This document shows positions 22,055 through 62,546 of a DNA stretch of 64,000 nt, one piece after another. The translations under genes were made by a program, and so were the position numbers. Position 1 is the first letter of the stretch, and each line of letters starts with the position of its first letter. The notes below the pieces were generated by a model. The model was not told the DNA's origin. It was given only the letters and a program-made list of their open reading frames with translations, and did not search any database. The DNA is from Raja brachyura (taxonomy: Eukaryota): positions 26,412,001 through 26,476,000 of the forward strand of contig OY740807.1 in the NCBI GenBank assembly GCA_963514005.1, read 5' to 3'.

Positions 22055-25000
22055 GTTGAGATGAAGCTGGCTTTATTCCATTTCCCCATTATAATACTTT
22101 ACAGACTTGCTGTCAGAGTCAGCCTCCTGTGTTTAAAGTGCACCATGTTCACAGTTTGAGTTTCACAACATAAACATGAGAATTAAACAATAACTGAATT
22201 CACAGAAACAATAAATTAATACATTTTAGGAAATGTTTTGAGTCACTCGCTGGTCCTTGGCAGCTCTGGCTAAACAAGGCACAGAACAACTTAGTGTGAT
22301 GAGACTTAGAGTTTGCATTGCATGTTTCAGTGGTGTTTACCTCATCCCATGCACACTGATGGCAAAGATTAAGGGCTTCACTTGGTTAAGACTTAAATGA
22401 ATTACACTTAAAATGATTATTTTATCTTCTGATACCCTACAAATAACATTCCTTTTGTCTGGGCATGGCCCTTTACAATGGAATTGTGTAAAGTCCCTGT
22501 ACAAAACTGACAGCATCATATGGCAAAAATAATGCTCCATTTTTGCAGAGGTTTCTCCCTTGACCACTGAAGGCACCAACATGCTGGGCAGTGGATCCAA
22601 ATCAACCAACAGTTCAGCTGCCATTCTTCATGGAGGGCTTGAGACAGTGTCGACTGTGAGCGGCAATTAATCAAGAATTTAACTTTGTTCCAACCAAGAA
22701 CAGTCCACATGCAATGCATTTTGAAGCATGGGCTTCCAGGTGGACATCAGGTCAACAAAGAAGAATCAAGTTGCTCACCATTCCAAAAGGAGGAAAGCAG
22801 AAACCAAGTATAATATCCCCGTGACAATTTGTTGCAGGACCAGGAATTAAATTTTGGCTCTGAAATGTGGGTGATCCACTGCATTATAACCTTCACTAAG
22901 TCAGAGAGCTGCCCCAGGCTCTGCACCATTTTTGGATAATTTGAAAGTGGAATGTTTAAAGGTGTTAAAGCTATAAAAAAAAAAGTGGATAGCATTCAAG
23001 CAAAATCCGTAATGTACATCACATGTACCTGCAGGATTAACACAGTATCACATCATAAATCCTTGGAAACATATTTTGAAATGAAAAATTTCTTAGAATT
23101 CTCAGTTTTAGTTTTCCAGTTCTTGGCCGACATAATATTATATAAACCAGTTGGTCAGACTGATCTATTAACAAGGTAGTTGGCATAGATGCAGATCTTC
23201 TCTCCCTGGAATGGAGACTATTGCATCAGTCAACTCTACATAGACTTCAAGCTCACAACCTTATCATTGATTGTACAAAGGTCATACATTCCTTCATGCT
23301 GTTTTACTCAAAGTCTTAATCATGTCCACTGCTGTGTTTGGTTGTGAAGACAGGATATGAAAAGTTTAAATTTATATTCTCAATCAATAAATTATGGTTC
23401 AATATTTAACAGGAAATGTGAAGTGCAAAGAAAGTTTTTTTAATTATCATGAGAGGCTGGGTGGAAGTCTTCTGACTTTGTTATTGATAAACAAAATGTC
23501 AATGAATCAGTCCCTGTTAACTATTTAATCACCTGAAGAATCAAAGAGTCAAAGCTTCATTTGAATTGCATCTCTGGTAAATGGGAATGAATGTAATCAC
23601 AGGTTAAAGTCTGCAAATCATTCCTTTATAGCTACCAATTATCCAGTCTAATACAACATGGGTTTCCACTTTGTGACTTGGCCCAACCTCAAGAGAACGC
23701 TGCTTGAGCCAGAGGGTGAGAATTTCAACTGTAGCTGTTGTGTACTGCAGGATTGCCTTGGCAAACACATACTTGGTCAGAGAGATTTTCAACTCTCTCT
23801 CTCACTCGAGGGTGGGTCTTAGCCAAGGATTTAGATGTGAGATGCAACACCTAATTCTTAAAATGCAGGTTCCTATTCAGGACAAGTGTACGTGCCTGCT
23901 CACAACTTTGTTTTGTCTACCGATGCAAAACAAGTACTGTGAAAAGAAAATAAGTGGTATGAACACAGGGAAGGGAGCGGAAAACTTGGGATGTTCAAGA
24001 AACAAATCAGACCAAGTGCAATGTTGATGTTAATCTGAGGTAGAGAAGGAGAATTAACGCACAATCCAAAATAGCCAGCCAAAAGATTTATGCAAATTAC
24101 AGAACCAGAAACTTCAGTCAGAAGAACAAGGGGAAAAAAAGCAGATTATTGCCTTTGGGACATTTATCAGAATGCACAAGTGCATGCGTGGTAGATATCG
24201 CTAGGTAGCCACTGTTTCTGGAATCAGGAAAGGTATTTGGGGATTCTTTTATGTTCTGCCAAGGGCTTTATGCCAGACCCAGGTTTGAATCTTGTCAGAC
24301 TCCATTTCCCCCCAGAAATGTTGGATCTCCTGTAATTCATGGTTAAATAAAACAGTTGGGTTACTAAGCATAAAAGGGTCAACGATCCTTGAAGCGGAAA
24401 AGATTATGCATAGATTAAGATTAACAACAATACCAATAACGTGGTTGAATACACCCGAGAGAAGCAAAAACGGAACAAGGGAATCCAAAAACAAATAAAG
24501 CAAAAGAAAAGCTAAATAAATCTTGTTACAAATAGGAATGTTTAAAATGGGAGTAAAAAAAAATTAAGGTGCTGCAAGCTTTAAGACAGTGGGTTATGTC
24601 AGTGAGAACAGCAGGTCAAAGCCAGAGATCGACCAAGAGAAAACAAAAAGGTTGAAGAAAGTAAATGGGTCAGGTCCAAAGGGACTTAATTTCGGTCGAG
24701 TGTACAGGCAAATGCGAGCAACTCACCAAGATCCATTCTCAGAGCTCCCACATTTGTAGTGGTTACTGTTTTATACCTTCCATTCTGATAGTTCCTTGAA
24801 GCAATAGCTAACCATTTGCTTCATCCTTAATCTTAACTGGCAGCTCTTTACCAGATGTTGGGCGGCAAGTTGCAATTTCTCACGATAACCTTCAAACCAG
24901 TAATTAAACATTTCTTTTTTCTAAACCATGGTACATAATCACTACAGTTCCCCAATAATTGCATCCAAATTGTCACCCTGTGGACTGCTCAATGCTGGTT

Positions 25001-25647
25001 TCTACATTTATCCTCATCAGAATGAGGGATGGTAGTACTTGGGATGGAATGCATTCACTTTAGATGCAGCTATGTTTCCACCTTAGGCAAACTATATCTT
25101 ACTCTGCCCAATCCAAACAGCATTTTCTACAGTATAGCATGGCAACTTTGCAGTTTTCACACCAAACATCCCGTGGCCTCTCGTACGACTTAGTCAAATT
25201 TTTCTACTGCAAATCTGTTTGCTCAGAGTGGAGTAGCAGTGCCAAAATACCTTATACTCATTACCCCAAAGCACATTTTTATAAATTTATCATTTGAGCT
25301 ACAATGTGGTCCCAACACCAACTCCAGAATGCATTCATGATGTCTGATTTGGACACCATTGCTCCAGGAATTCCCATGTGGAAATAGTCACTTACACCGC
25401 TGTCTTATTTACTGTGCACGTTCTTTCTATGTCCAGCTGAATGTGGATGGTCGAGTCTTGCTATCCTGTGAAATGTTAAAGCTGAAAGGTCACCCTGCAG
25501 GATTATAAACATCTGCAGAGTCCTTGCCGGGTGGATTGTACCCTGCACGCAGGTGAAATGTGTGGTTACGTGAAGTTGGTCAGCTGAACATCAGCATGCT
25601 CGGAGATTACACTGTGATGGTTCAGCTTCCTGCTCAGTATGGACGTC
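22055..25647 (-). other. LIMK1: Putative LIMK1 3' UTR (~3.6 kb) with AATAAA at 22072-22077
   Basis: Repeat-poor unique sequence after the stop codon. The first canonical minus-strand AATAAA I could find is at 22072-22077 (tttatt on the + strand). Confidence 0.55.
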
Positions 25648-51846
<26,199 letters not shown>

Positions 51847-54069
51847 CTGCAGAAGCAGAGAACAGGGGTGTTAGTAAAGAGCAGAGAGGTGGGCCGATCC
51901 CTGCTCGTACACTCCTCAATTCCACCCCTAGTTACCACTCACACACACTCCTATAAACCAGCTCAAGCCAGAGGCCTAATCTGGGGTAAACAACCTCACC
52001 AAAACACACGCAGAACACACTAAACCACAGCTCAGTTAAACAGGATGCATGCAAGAATCAGACATGTGGTTAACAGACTGAGCAACCTCAGGCACTGCTC
52101 CGGTGATGAGGTCAAATACTGCCACCACATGGGTAGTGTTGGTCAGAAGGCTTCACTGTCAAAGACGTACTCTGCAGCTCTAGGCAGGAAACCAAAGAAG
52201 CACACAACCTAAAGGAGAGAATGCTCAGTTGTTGTGGGAGGGAGAGCCATAGATATGCCTGGGAGTCAACGACGGAGGGTAATGGAGGGAATCCGATATA
52301 AACTTCCCATAGGATGATGGAAATTATTAAAGTCCCATTGGTCCATTCTAGTAAACAATTTAGATTAAGTGTAGGAAGGAAATGCGGATGCTGGTTTACA
52401 CCAAAGATGGACAAAATGCTGGAGTAACTCTGTGGGACAAGCAGCATCTCCAGAGAGAAGGAATGGGTGACGTTTCCAATAGAATCCCTTCTTCAGACCC
52501 TGAAGAGTACAATGCCACCCATTTCTTCTCCAGTATTGTGTCTAATTTAGGCTTCAATACTGATGCAACTGCACGTCAAACAGAATTCAAGATGTAACTC
52601 TTCCTACTTGTGCCTTTTGACACAAGGATGGATTAATGATAGCACCCACTGTGTCTTGCTGACAAACTCCCATTGGTACAGCTCCTGCCTCTGTCCTCGC
52701 CCCTCCCTCTGACTGCAGCAGTCACTGTAGCTGCATCTCCTGGTTAAACACCCCGCACAGGGAGCAAGTCAGAAGGTTGGAGATTAGCAGCGATTCAGCC
52801 AGACAAAGACCGCTGCAAAGCTTTGATCTGATTCCCTGCGGTCCAAGGGCAGCCAGAAGCCCTCATGTCCGTTCTCCCAGCCACTCATTTATCAGAGAAC
52901 AGCTAGTCGACGAAAGCAGTGCAGCACAAAGCCTCAGTTAATTTCAGAGATCCCTCATTAATCAGATCCCTTCACATAATAAAACACAGATCTGACCCAT
53001 GACCTCTGGACCATTCGGCATTTTTGAAGTCACTGCAGCCCACTTCCCCTGCCCTCCATTTGCAGTCTGCGGCACCTGCTGGCCAACTAGCAAACACACG
53101 GAGTTGATAAGATAGGCTGCAAAGGTTGTGAAGTGCAAGGAACATCGAGCTACATAAACATGTTGGAAGATTGCACTGAATTTTTATTTAAAACATTTCT
53201 TGCATCCAATTTGGGTTACCACCATTTAGGAAGGACAAAAACAATTTACAGGAAATATTTCCACGAAAAGATGTCAAGTACAAAGCTAGACAGGAAAGGC
53301 TGTGCAAAAATACTTGACACTAAAAAAATGAGAGGAAATTTGCTAGAGGAGATTTGATAGAGGGGATGCAACATCATTACGGGTCCCAGGAACTATAGCG
53401 CAAGGACCAAAGAACAATAAATATTAAAGGAACTGGGAAAAACACAAAGGAGAAAGGGTGGGGTGGGGGAGGGGGGGGGGGGGGGGGGGGGGAAGAGAGA
53501 ATTTTTAAAAAGTGCTTATAATCCTCATCTCATTGCTCTCAAAAGTGATAGAACACAAGTCAAAATTATCTTTCAGAAGGAAATTGTTTAAGCAATGAAC
53601 AGGAAATAATTTGCTAGGTTACAGTGACAAAAGGAGACACAAGATAGTTTGGATTTCTCTATAGTCAGTCATAAAGTGCAGAAACAGGTCCTGCAAACCA
53701 ACTTGCCAATAGAGAATAGGGAGTCTAATCTATACTAATCTCACCTGCCTGCTTTTAGCCCATATCCCTCTAAAACATTCCTATCCATATACTTGTCCCA
53801 ATGTCTTTTATATGTTGCTATTGTAAATGTATTTTAAATATTATTGTCTAACTATATACTTTTAAAACTGTGGGTGTGTGGGTGTGTGTCATTTTGCCTT
53901 TGAAACTCTTTTCCTCGAAAACCAGACAAAAAAAGGGGAGATTTTTACATTTCCGTAGGGATTTACCTTATGAGTTCAGAAATCCACTCCTTGGTCAATT
54001 ATTTCCCCAGATGTTGAATTAAATTGTTCACAAAACAATTGTTCACAAAATTGTTTAAAAAAAAATCAG

Positions 54070-54574
54070 CGCTTGCCAGCTGCTGATGTCACAATGCCCA
54101 CATTCCCACCAATCGAGGCCCACCTGCCTCCTCCCACCCCCCCCCACTGTGCACTAAAGCATTGTTTATTTCATAGCATTGAATTTTATTGTTTCTCTGC
54201 GTCTCTCTCCGCGTCCTACCCCCCCCCCCCCCCAGTCACTCTGGTGGGTGCGCTTCCCTTAGCGGAAGTCACGATCAGCTGGTTCCCCCCGCTGCTTTTC
54301 ACCATCCTCAGATCGCTCCGTGCCTCGCTCGGGCCCACGCGAGCTGCCGCCCCCCCCCTCTCCTCTCTCCCCCTCGTTCCTCTCCCCCTCGTCCCTCTCT
54401 CCCCCTCCCTAAACCCCTTTCCTCACACCCTCCCCTACCCCTTTCAGTCCCTCCCCTCCCTCTCCCCTGCCATCCCCCACCCTCCCCTAAAACCCCCTTC
54501 CCCATCTCCATCTGCCCTCCTCCCCCTCTGTCTGTCTGTATGCCTCCCCGCCCGCACCCCCCGCAAACGCGCAT

Positions 54575-54605
<31 letters not shown>

Positions 54606-54640
54606 AGCACACCCAACAGGTCTGCACTTCGTCTAGTCAA
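54070..54640. promoter_or_regulatory. GC/CpG-rich, polypyrimidine/poly-G island in LIMK1 intron 2 (possible internal promoter or enhancer)
   Basis: CCAAT at ~54108, ETS-type GCGGAAGT and an E-box at ~54262-54283, CpG cluster, C-rich tract and a long G run. Confidence 0.4.
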
Positions 54641-55502
54641 TTTTAAATGTCATTATAAAAACACCACAGATAAAATAGGCAAAATGACCTTCAAGGTAGC
54701 AATTCTGTAAGGATCTGGCTGTTGCAGTCACTACATCTACAAAACACTACTTCACTCTTGGCCAGCCAATGTCTCAAGTTCCACTGGATACAGGGTAGAG
54801 GCTTTGAGAAGTTTGAAAAGCCTTACACAAGCAAGGCTTTGAGAAGTTTGAGATTACATTTTAAATGAGCCTGCCATCAGTACTTCAATATTTATAGAAA
54901 GAGCAGTTATTAATTCCTCAATTAATTCCTGCAAGATGACAGCAGCAAACTTCACAACAACCCATGTCCTATGACTGGCACTGTTCCTTTATATCTTTTG
55001 CCACGTCACCAAAGGCCAAGAATGTGCTTAAAGCAAGTTGTGCTGGATATTAACTTACAGACCATGTCACACAAAGGAAACAAGAGGAAGCATACTGGGG
55101 CAATGGCAATAATGACATCCCTGGGTTTGATCATCGCAAATTTAAAAACTAAATTACCCAGCTCCCATTTCATAAAACCCGAATGAGTCTCGCAGAAATC
55201 AAGATTTTAAGTTTTGATCAAAAACATTTGATGTGCCATTCAAATTCTGCTAAATGACTGCTGCTATTAATTAGAAGGGTCACATGGCCTGCTCCAAGAC
55301 TCTTAAACGGATGGAATATTTGGGACATGCCCATGTGCCTTCAGAGAGCAACTCCCATTGCGGGCTCCAAATAGACAAAATCTCCCTCGAGATGATCCAG
55401 TAAAGATGGGACAGGTTATTGAAATACGGCTCCTAATTTTAGCATGCCATCAAACATCCCATCAGCTACCCCAAGGATTTAATTGCCTCACCTACATAGT
55501 TA

Positions 55503-55696
55503 AGGGCCTGTCCCACCCGGGCGTCATTTGCGCGTCGCGGAGGCGGCGCACAAAGATTTTGTACATCCCAAAATCCTGGAGCACCGCGCACGACCCAGTG
55601 TCACTGCCTATGTCACTACGCACCATGCGCGCATCACGTGCGTGTCATGACGCGTAAATGATATCACGTAAATGACGCCCAAGTGGGACAGGCCCT
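55503..55696. mobile_element. PIF/Harbinger-type MITE
   Basis: TIRs AGGGCCTGTCCCAC / GTGGGACAGGCCCT; TTA on both sides (55500-55502, 55697-55699). Confidence 0.85.
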
Positions 55697-56789
55697 TTAG
55701 GCACTGCGCAACTGACATTGAGGCTGGGCGATGAGACTAAGGAGCTACCCTCAAGCGCACTCCACCTTTTAATGAGACGACAAATTGAGGGGAATTAAAA
55801 CAAACCAGAAAGAATATTCAATGAGAAAGAAGCAAGACAATAGATAACAATCAAGTCCAAATAAAAACAAACTGGATACACATCAGGTGATTCACAAAAC
55901 CTTGATTCATGCGGGCTACAAACTGAAAAATGGGAACAATGTGAACAAGTCACACCAGGTGTGGTCTACAGAAATGGGTGACATTTTAGTTTGTCACCGT
56001 CTTCAAAAGGGGGCATCTGTCAAAAATCAAAATTTTACTCACAATTCACCATCCTTCAATAATACTGGTGATTATTTTGGGATCTAATCGAAGTCATGCC
56101 AAAGATGAAGCCCAGCTAAGAGGATGTTCTTTGAAATGTAAAGGAGGATCTTCCGAGTTCATTTTTGTGCCATGATGATAAAAAACGGAACCACCGCTTT
56201 GTGGCCAATTAGCCCAACCATAAACTGTAAATAGTCTGGGTCCCTACTGAGCAGGAGGCAGAACTAAAGTGCACACAAACGCAGATTGAGCCAAACCATC
56301 CCTGTGAAAGGGACAGGGTGATGACAAGGTCATTGAATAGACTCCGGGCAGGCAGACTTCAAAACATTCTCTTCACCTGTAATCCCTCTTGTAAATCTGG
56401 AAGGTATATCGATAATCTGAGCAATCACTGCCGAAAGGTCATTAATGGCCAAAGAGATGACAAAATAATAAACAAACTACATTGTTATAGCGGAGAAAAA
56501 TATTTCAAGCTTCATGGAGTGAACGAGGAAAACATACAAATGGAAATATTGTAGTGCCAAAATGTTTTGTCAAGAACAGAAGTGTTAAGCAAAAGATTTC
56601 TGGTAGATGAGACCCAAGCAGCTGTCAGCACCTCCACCAATACTGAAGCAAAGAGTGTTAATACAAACACGAGAGACTTGAATCAGAAGAATCCTGTAGG
56701 AGTGTCTGGGGATAGCAAGTGTATATAGCTGAACTTAGTGGTTAGAGAGCAGCATAGGGTTAAGAACGATGGGCAGAATGGAAGGGCAA

Positions 56790-56952
56790 GCAGGTACTCC
56801 AGTTTCCTCCCACACTTCAAAGACGCACATGTTAATTGGTTTCGGCAAGAATTGAAAATTGTCCCGGGTGTGGTAAAATAGTGCTAGTGTGCGAGGAGAT
56901 CACTGGTCAGCACGGACCGGACTCTGTTTCTGCGCTGTATCTCTAAACTAAA
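56790..56952 (+). mobile_element. Partial V-SINE (3' half)
   Basis: ctccagtttcctcccacacttcaaagacg...ctgtttctgcgctgtatctctaaactaaa. Confidence 0.75.
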
Positions 56953-57434
56953 TGACTTGGGTATAACTTTGCCTTAGATGCAGCACAAGATGAGGAGAGG
57001 CGAGTCTTTGATTACCAGTATTAATCCACAAGGATCGAGGAGGTAGATTCAAGGTTTTCCGCACCAGCTACTTTTCCTTCTTATCAGACCTTTAATCACA
57101 CAGATGCATAACTAAAATGTATTTAGTGGGAAATGATAGACGAAGACTGTAACAGTAGGGGAAGGAGGACCGGGTAAGCATTAAATAAAACAGCAATACT
57201 CCCATCTCCACATTTCGTAACCCATGTGGGCAGGTTAGGTCCATTCAAATTTACATCTACATTTGATTCAACACTTTAAAAGAAACCTTTGCCCTCCAAT
57301 AATGACCCTGACACTTTAATGGTGAGAATACCACATATGTGCACGTGTCAGTGTGTAACATCAGATGCAGTGCAAATCGGTACAGGGTGGAAAATTTACA
57401 CCATTAATGAAGCTCAAAGCAGCAGCAAGATTTA

Positions 57435-57743
57435 AAGCCCTGTCCCACTGTACGAGTTCATTCCAGAGCTCTCCCGAGTTTTAAAAAAACACACGGAAGC
57501 ACGTAGAATGTACGTAGCGGGTACGTCGGAGCTCGGGGACGTCTCATGGTGGCTTGTAACGCTAACGGCAGATACTCGGGAAACGCGGTAAGCTCGGGAA
57601 GACTCATGAAGATTTTTCAACATGTTGAAAATTGTTCACGAGAGCCCCAAGTACCTACGAGCGGTCATTACCTTAAATCTCAGAGTTCGAATCAGGACAA
57701 ACTCGGGAGAACTTGAAATAACTCATACAGTGGGACAGGGCTT
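57435..57743. mobile_element. PIF/Harbinger-type MITE
   Basis: TIRs AAGCCCTGTCCCACTGTA / TACAGTGGGACAGGGCTT; TTA on both sides (57432-57434, 57744-57746). Confidence 0.87.
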
Positions 57744-58704
57744 TTACTCTACATAAAGATAGTTATAACACACTCGTGGCTTGCCAACTGTTGATGATAC
57801 TTTCAGAAGTTTGTGGGTCGTATTTGAAATTCCACCACAAACATGTATGAATGAAGACAAAAACCCCAGCGACAGAGGAAGGGCCACAGAGGAGATAGCC
57901 TAGTTGTGAGGTATTCAGATGGAGATTCATATCGCCAGTCACAATCAACTAACACTACAGACAACAAACATTGCTACCCAGTGTTAAGTGGGGTTAAAGT
58001 TGGTAACTCAACTGCTCACCTGATCCCAGAGTTTGAGGGGCGAATTCTGTAGCAACGGGTAAACATTCTCTGTCCGTGACAGATGCCGCTCAGTCCAGTT
58101 TCTGTAAATCTTTGGTCAAACAGCTACAGTAATCGTTTTTAGACACAACCCCGTGTGCAAGCAACACTGCTGATATCCAAAATTAGCTGCCACACACATA
58201 TCGGCATAGAAAATGACTTCACCAACGACACCGAGACGCAGGCTCGCCCACTTCCTGTTCCAGCATATCGACAGCAGGATGCATGTGGGAACCTGTGAAT
58301 TACACCCCTATTCCAGTCACAAACCCAACAACCATCGGAAGCACCAACTCATTTTTACCCCTCTGGAAAATTCCTGTTAGATATAAAAGCAGAATTGTTT
58401 TGAGAAGTTAACAAAATAGTAGGCTAGATTCACAATGACAGTGCAGCTGTGCAGTTTCCCTTTTGACTGCAACCGTTCCCATCCCCTCTTTCACTTTTGG
58501 TACATGGCCAGTCTTTGCAATTCCATTCACACTTAAGGAAGGATTTGATGTGGTTTGATCCACTTAGTGAAAGCAGTAGGGAAGGTGAATACAAACCACA
58601 GCAGCCCTCCCAGGCCAGAGGGTCTGGTAAATGTGATCTAGTGGACTTTTTACTCATTTTCTAGCTTGTTAAGTTAATGGGAATTGAAGCAATGGCCAAG
58701 AAAG

Positions 58705-59172
58705 CACACTAATTGTGGACGCAGCCCAGATCATCACACAAACCAACCTCCCTCCCATTGACCCCATTTACATCTAACTCTGCCTCGGCATGGCCACCAG
58801 CATGATGATGGGCGAGTTGCACCCTGGCCACTCCCTCTTCTCCCCTCGCCCATCGGGTGAAATGGTTAGAAGTGTGAAAACACACACCTCTAGATTCAGG
58901 GAGGTTCTTCCCAGCTGTGATCAGGCATCTGTACCATCCTACCAACAACTACGGAGCAGTCCTGAACAACTATCTACCTCATTGGCGCCCTCAGACTATC
59001 TTGGATCGGACTTCACCTTGTACTAAATTCTATTCACATTATTCCCTTTATCATGCATCTGTACCGTATGAATGGCTCGATTGTAATCACGTATTGTCTT
59101 TCTGCCAACTGGCTAGCACGCAACAAAAAGCTTTTCACTGTACCTCTGTACACGTGACAATAAACTAAACCA
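58705..59172 (+). mobile_element. Rex1/Babar-type LINE 3' fragment
   Basis: HPGHSLFSPRPSG..RSVKTHTSRF, 3' UTR ending gtgacaataaactaaac. Confidence 0.75.
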
Positions 59173-60534
59173 AAAGTTTCCACTGTGACCAGCAACTCTG
59201 GCTGGAATAGGGAAGGAGGATGTGTGCTGGGACCAAGAGATTTTACTGGATGAGGTTGGGATGATGATGATGCAACAGCAGGCAGTCTTGTGATCAAACT
59301 TCCAGAATTAGCCTGCTCGAATTAGGAGACAAACGGATTCTCCCTTTGCCAAGTGTTGCTGTTTAGTTAACGGGCAGCGACCAAATCAGAAAAGCAACAT
59401 TTGTATTGTTTCGCTCGACAACACAACGTTGGCCACCATCAGGCAACCGCCTGTGAGTATGACGAAGTGGTTACAGACCTAAATCATTGACTATTTTCTT
59501 TCACGGTGCAGCCCGATCTGCTAAGTTTTTCCAGCATTTTCTGTTCGTTTTTCCGATATCCACAATTTAGTTTTGTAATTTAAAAAAAAAAGCATGGTTA
59601 TGACACTCGGGAGCATGGGGAAGTTGGAACAGTGCATGGAACAGACTTCATTCACATTCAGGGTAGGTTATAAATACATATTGCAGTCAATTAGATAGAG
59701 GTCAAGAGAGAGAAAAGCTATTGAAATCTATGCTCATTTATACCTCTATTTGCCTATATCAGGGTCATGTGCAGTTGTCAAATCCTATGCTCAATCTATT
59801 TATGTAAACAATCAATAGCCCAATTAAATATAAGATTGACACAAAATGCTGGAGGAACTCAGCGGGTCAGGCAGCATCTCTGGAGAGAAGGAATGAACAA
59901 GAATTTACAATTCGTGGTCTTTCTATTCTTGAATCTCTTCAGAGATTCAATTAATGTGTCTACATAAGCAGCAGGTATACAAGTCAATTGAGGTCTCTGC
60001 CTACGTTTATTAAAGTTACACCTTTGAAATCATTTGTGTGTGATGTTGCTCCAGCCACATTTCTTTGAGGCATCTCATTTTTCTTCAGAAAACATTTTGC
60101 TGCATGAACAACTACAGTTGTTGATTTCAGTTGACAATTAACCCTCAGCTTTGAGAAGTCTGACAGATTCAACACTAGTCCATGTTTCTGTCATTTTGGG
60201 GAAAAAATAGTAATGAGACTGGCCAGCGACTAGAAATTAAACTGCATAACACAGTCTGCGTCAGCATTGTGTAACGGAAATAAGTCAAGCTTCTCCAGAC
60301 TGAAACTTGATGATAACCATTTCATATGACTTGGGAGTGATTTTGCACCACGCTGGTAATGTGATTGGGTAATTCCAGTGAGTCACACACCCTTGCACAG
60401 GGGATGCACAGGGTCACTTTCGATGCCTTGTCCCTTTCACAGCATTGGAGAAGTGAGACCACAGTGACTTGAGATGACTGGCACTGTCACTGGGCTCTCT
60501 CAGCAGGGGCTCGCTCCACAGTAGCCAAACAACT

Positions 60535-61090
60535 GTGCGGTCACGGTGACGCAGTGGTGAAGTTGTTGCCTTACAGCGAATGCAACGCAGGAGACCCGGG
60601 TTCGATCCCGACTATGGGCGTTGTCTGTACGGAGTTTGTATGTTCTCCCCGTGACCTCCATTGGCTTTCTCCGAGATCTTCGGTTTCCTCCCACGCTCCA
60701 AAGCCATACAGGTTGTGTCCTTTCTCACCAGGGTCTAATCATTACTGTCCCATTCTACTGTTTTTTTAAATTGCTGGTGTTTTGTCTTCTTCTTTTTCCT
60801 TCCTCCCACAATATGTAATATGTAAAAGAATATGTGATTCTATTCATTCTGTTTGTAGTTTATTTGTTTGTTTTTTGCACAAAGTCTGCGAGCATTGCCA
60901 CTTTTCATTTCACTGCACATCTCGTATGTGTATGTGACAAATAAACTTGACTTGGTTTGTAGGTTAATTGGCTTGGTAAACTTAAAAATTGTCCCTACTA
61001 GGTGTCGGATAGTGTTAATGTGTGGGGATTGCTGGTTAGTGCAGACCCGGTGGGCTGAAGGGCCTGTTTTTGTGTTGTATCTCTAAACCA
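60535..61090 (+). mobile_element. V-SINE interrupted by a LINE 3'-UTR fragment (~60715-60953)
   Basis: A box TGACGCAGTGG, B box GTTCGATCC and V-domain. The insert ends aataaacttgacttg, then the SINE resumes ggtttgtaggttaattggc. Confidence 0.85.
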
Positions 61091-62546
61091 AACAGAAAAC
61101 TGCAGATGTTGGGAATCCACAAAAAAAAATAATAATGCTTGAAACAGGGAGGATTGGCAGAAAGAGGAACAGTGGTGATTTCCCAGGTCAAAGACAATCA
61201 GAATTGTAAAATATATCAAAATATTGCAGAGATCTTTTTGGGAAGGATAGATTGAACACAGGGAATATCAGTGACAAAGTGAGGTCTGGTTAAATTGGTT
61301 AATTGGGGGAGTTGAGGGACGATTATACTTCTGTTATATGGTGCTAACAGCAGGGCTGTGGGACATGCTTGGTGCAGCCTCAGTGTGAGAATTCTATTAA
61401 TAGCTTCTGTTGCTAAATATGCTGCAGACATTGCAGTCAACCAAGCTCTCTGCCTACATTTATTACACTGAAGTTAAACTGACACTGCGATTTTAGCTCA
61501 GTTTTTCCTCTCTCCATAATACAGCCTCAGCGGCAGCACATCCCACTGTCCCACCATTAACAAAAGTCATCCTCTAATTTCCCCCTTTAACACATTGAAA
61601 CCAGACCACACCCTCTCGCACATGGCCTCTTCCTCTCCATTCCTCCCACGACAACTTAAAACCACTTGTTTTTTTAATTTCCCTTTCTCACAAAAGGACT
61701 TCAACCAAAAAGTTAATCCTGCTTCCCTTTCAATAGATGCTGCCTGGCCTGCTGCGTTTGTTTATTTCTTAGTGTTGCGCTGGGATAACTCCCGGTAGTT
61801 AGGGCTCCCAGCACTGTTCCAAACCCTCTCACTGCAACTTTTCAATTCCTGTTTTCCCCCCCTGCAAAAAAACAGCCGGGTCCGATATCCCCCTTCCCCA
61901 CTGATCTGATATAATTCCCAATCCCCGAGCTCCCATCAGCCTTGGTCCACATACCCACTCACGACCAAAATAGGGTCCTCTAGGTTTCACCTTCCCACCC
62001 ACAAAGTAACAAACGGCCTACTATCTCCAAACCACAACAAATGCCATGCTTCAACTCACCAGCCCTACAAGCCCTGTTTAGAATACAAGTAGAGGTTTGT
62101 CTCCATTCCCATATCATACAGTCCAGGATAGATTCTATTACAAAATATCTGGGACGGAGTGTAACAGCTATCACTTATCAAGCAGTGAAGTACAAGTAGT
62201 AATAGACCAGGCAGTGTATAACTAGTGCGACTACAATGCATGTAATATTATAAAGGAGAACAATGACAAACAGAATTGACACCGTACTTTGTTTCAAAGC
62301 ATCAGATAGAGAACTTCATCAAAAGCAGGATTTTAAGGAGATAAATACCTTCCTCTTTGAGGGAGAAAGTTGCATAGGATTGAGGTTTAGCTGAGAGGCA
62401 CTTCAACCAGCAGCAGTTCCATAGTTTGAGCCACGAGGCCGAAATGGGAGTAGTGCATATATCTAGGATTTGGAGGGCTGGAGGAGACGAGGGGTGATAA
62501 CTGTAGCAGCGTGTGAATAGGCCCCAATGCCAATTAAGATCCAGAC

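Noticed and set aside
54073-54710. Overlapping Pro/Gly-rich ORFs
   Set aside because: Artefacts of poly-C and poly-G low-complexity sequence
60535-60615. tRNA gene
   Set aside because: The A/B boxes belong to the tRNA-derived head of a SINE; no complete cloverleaf, and it continues into the V-domain
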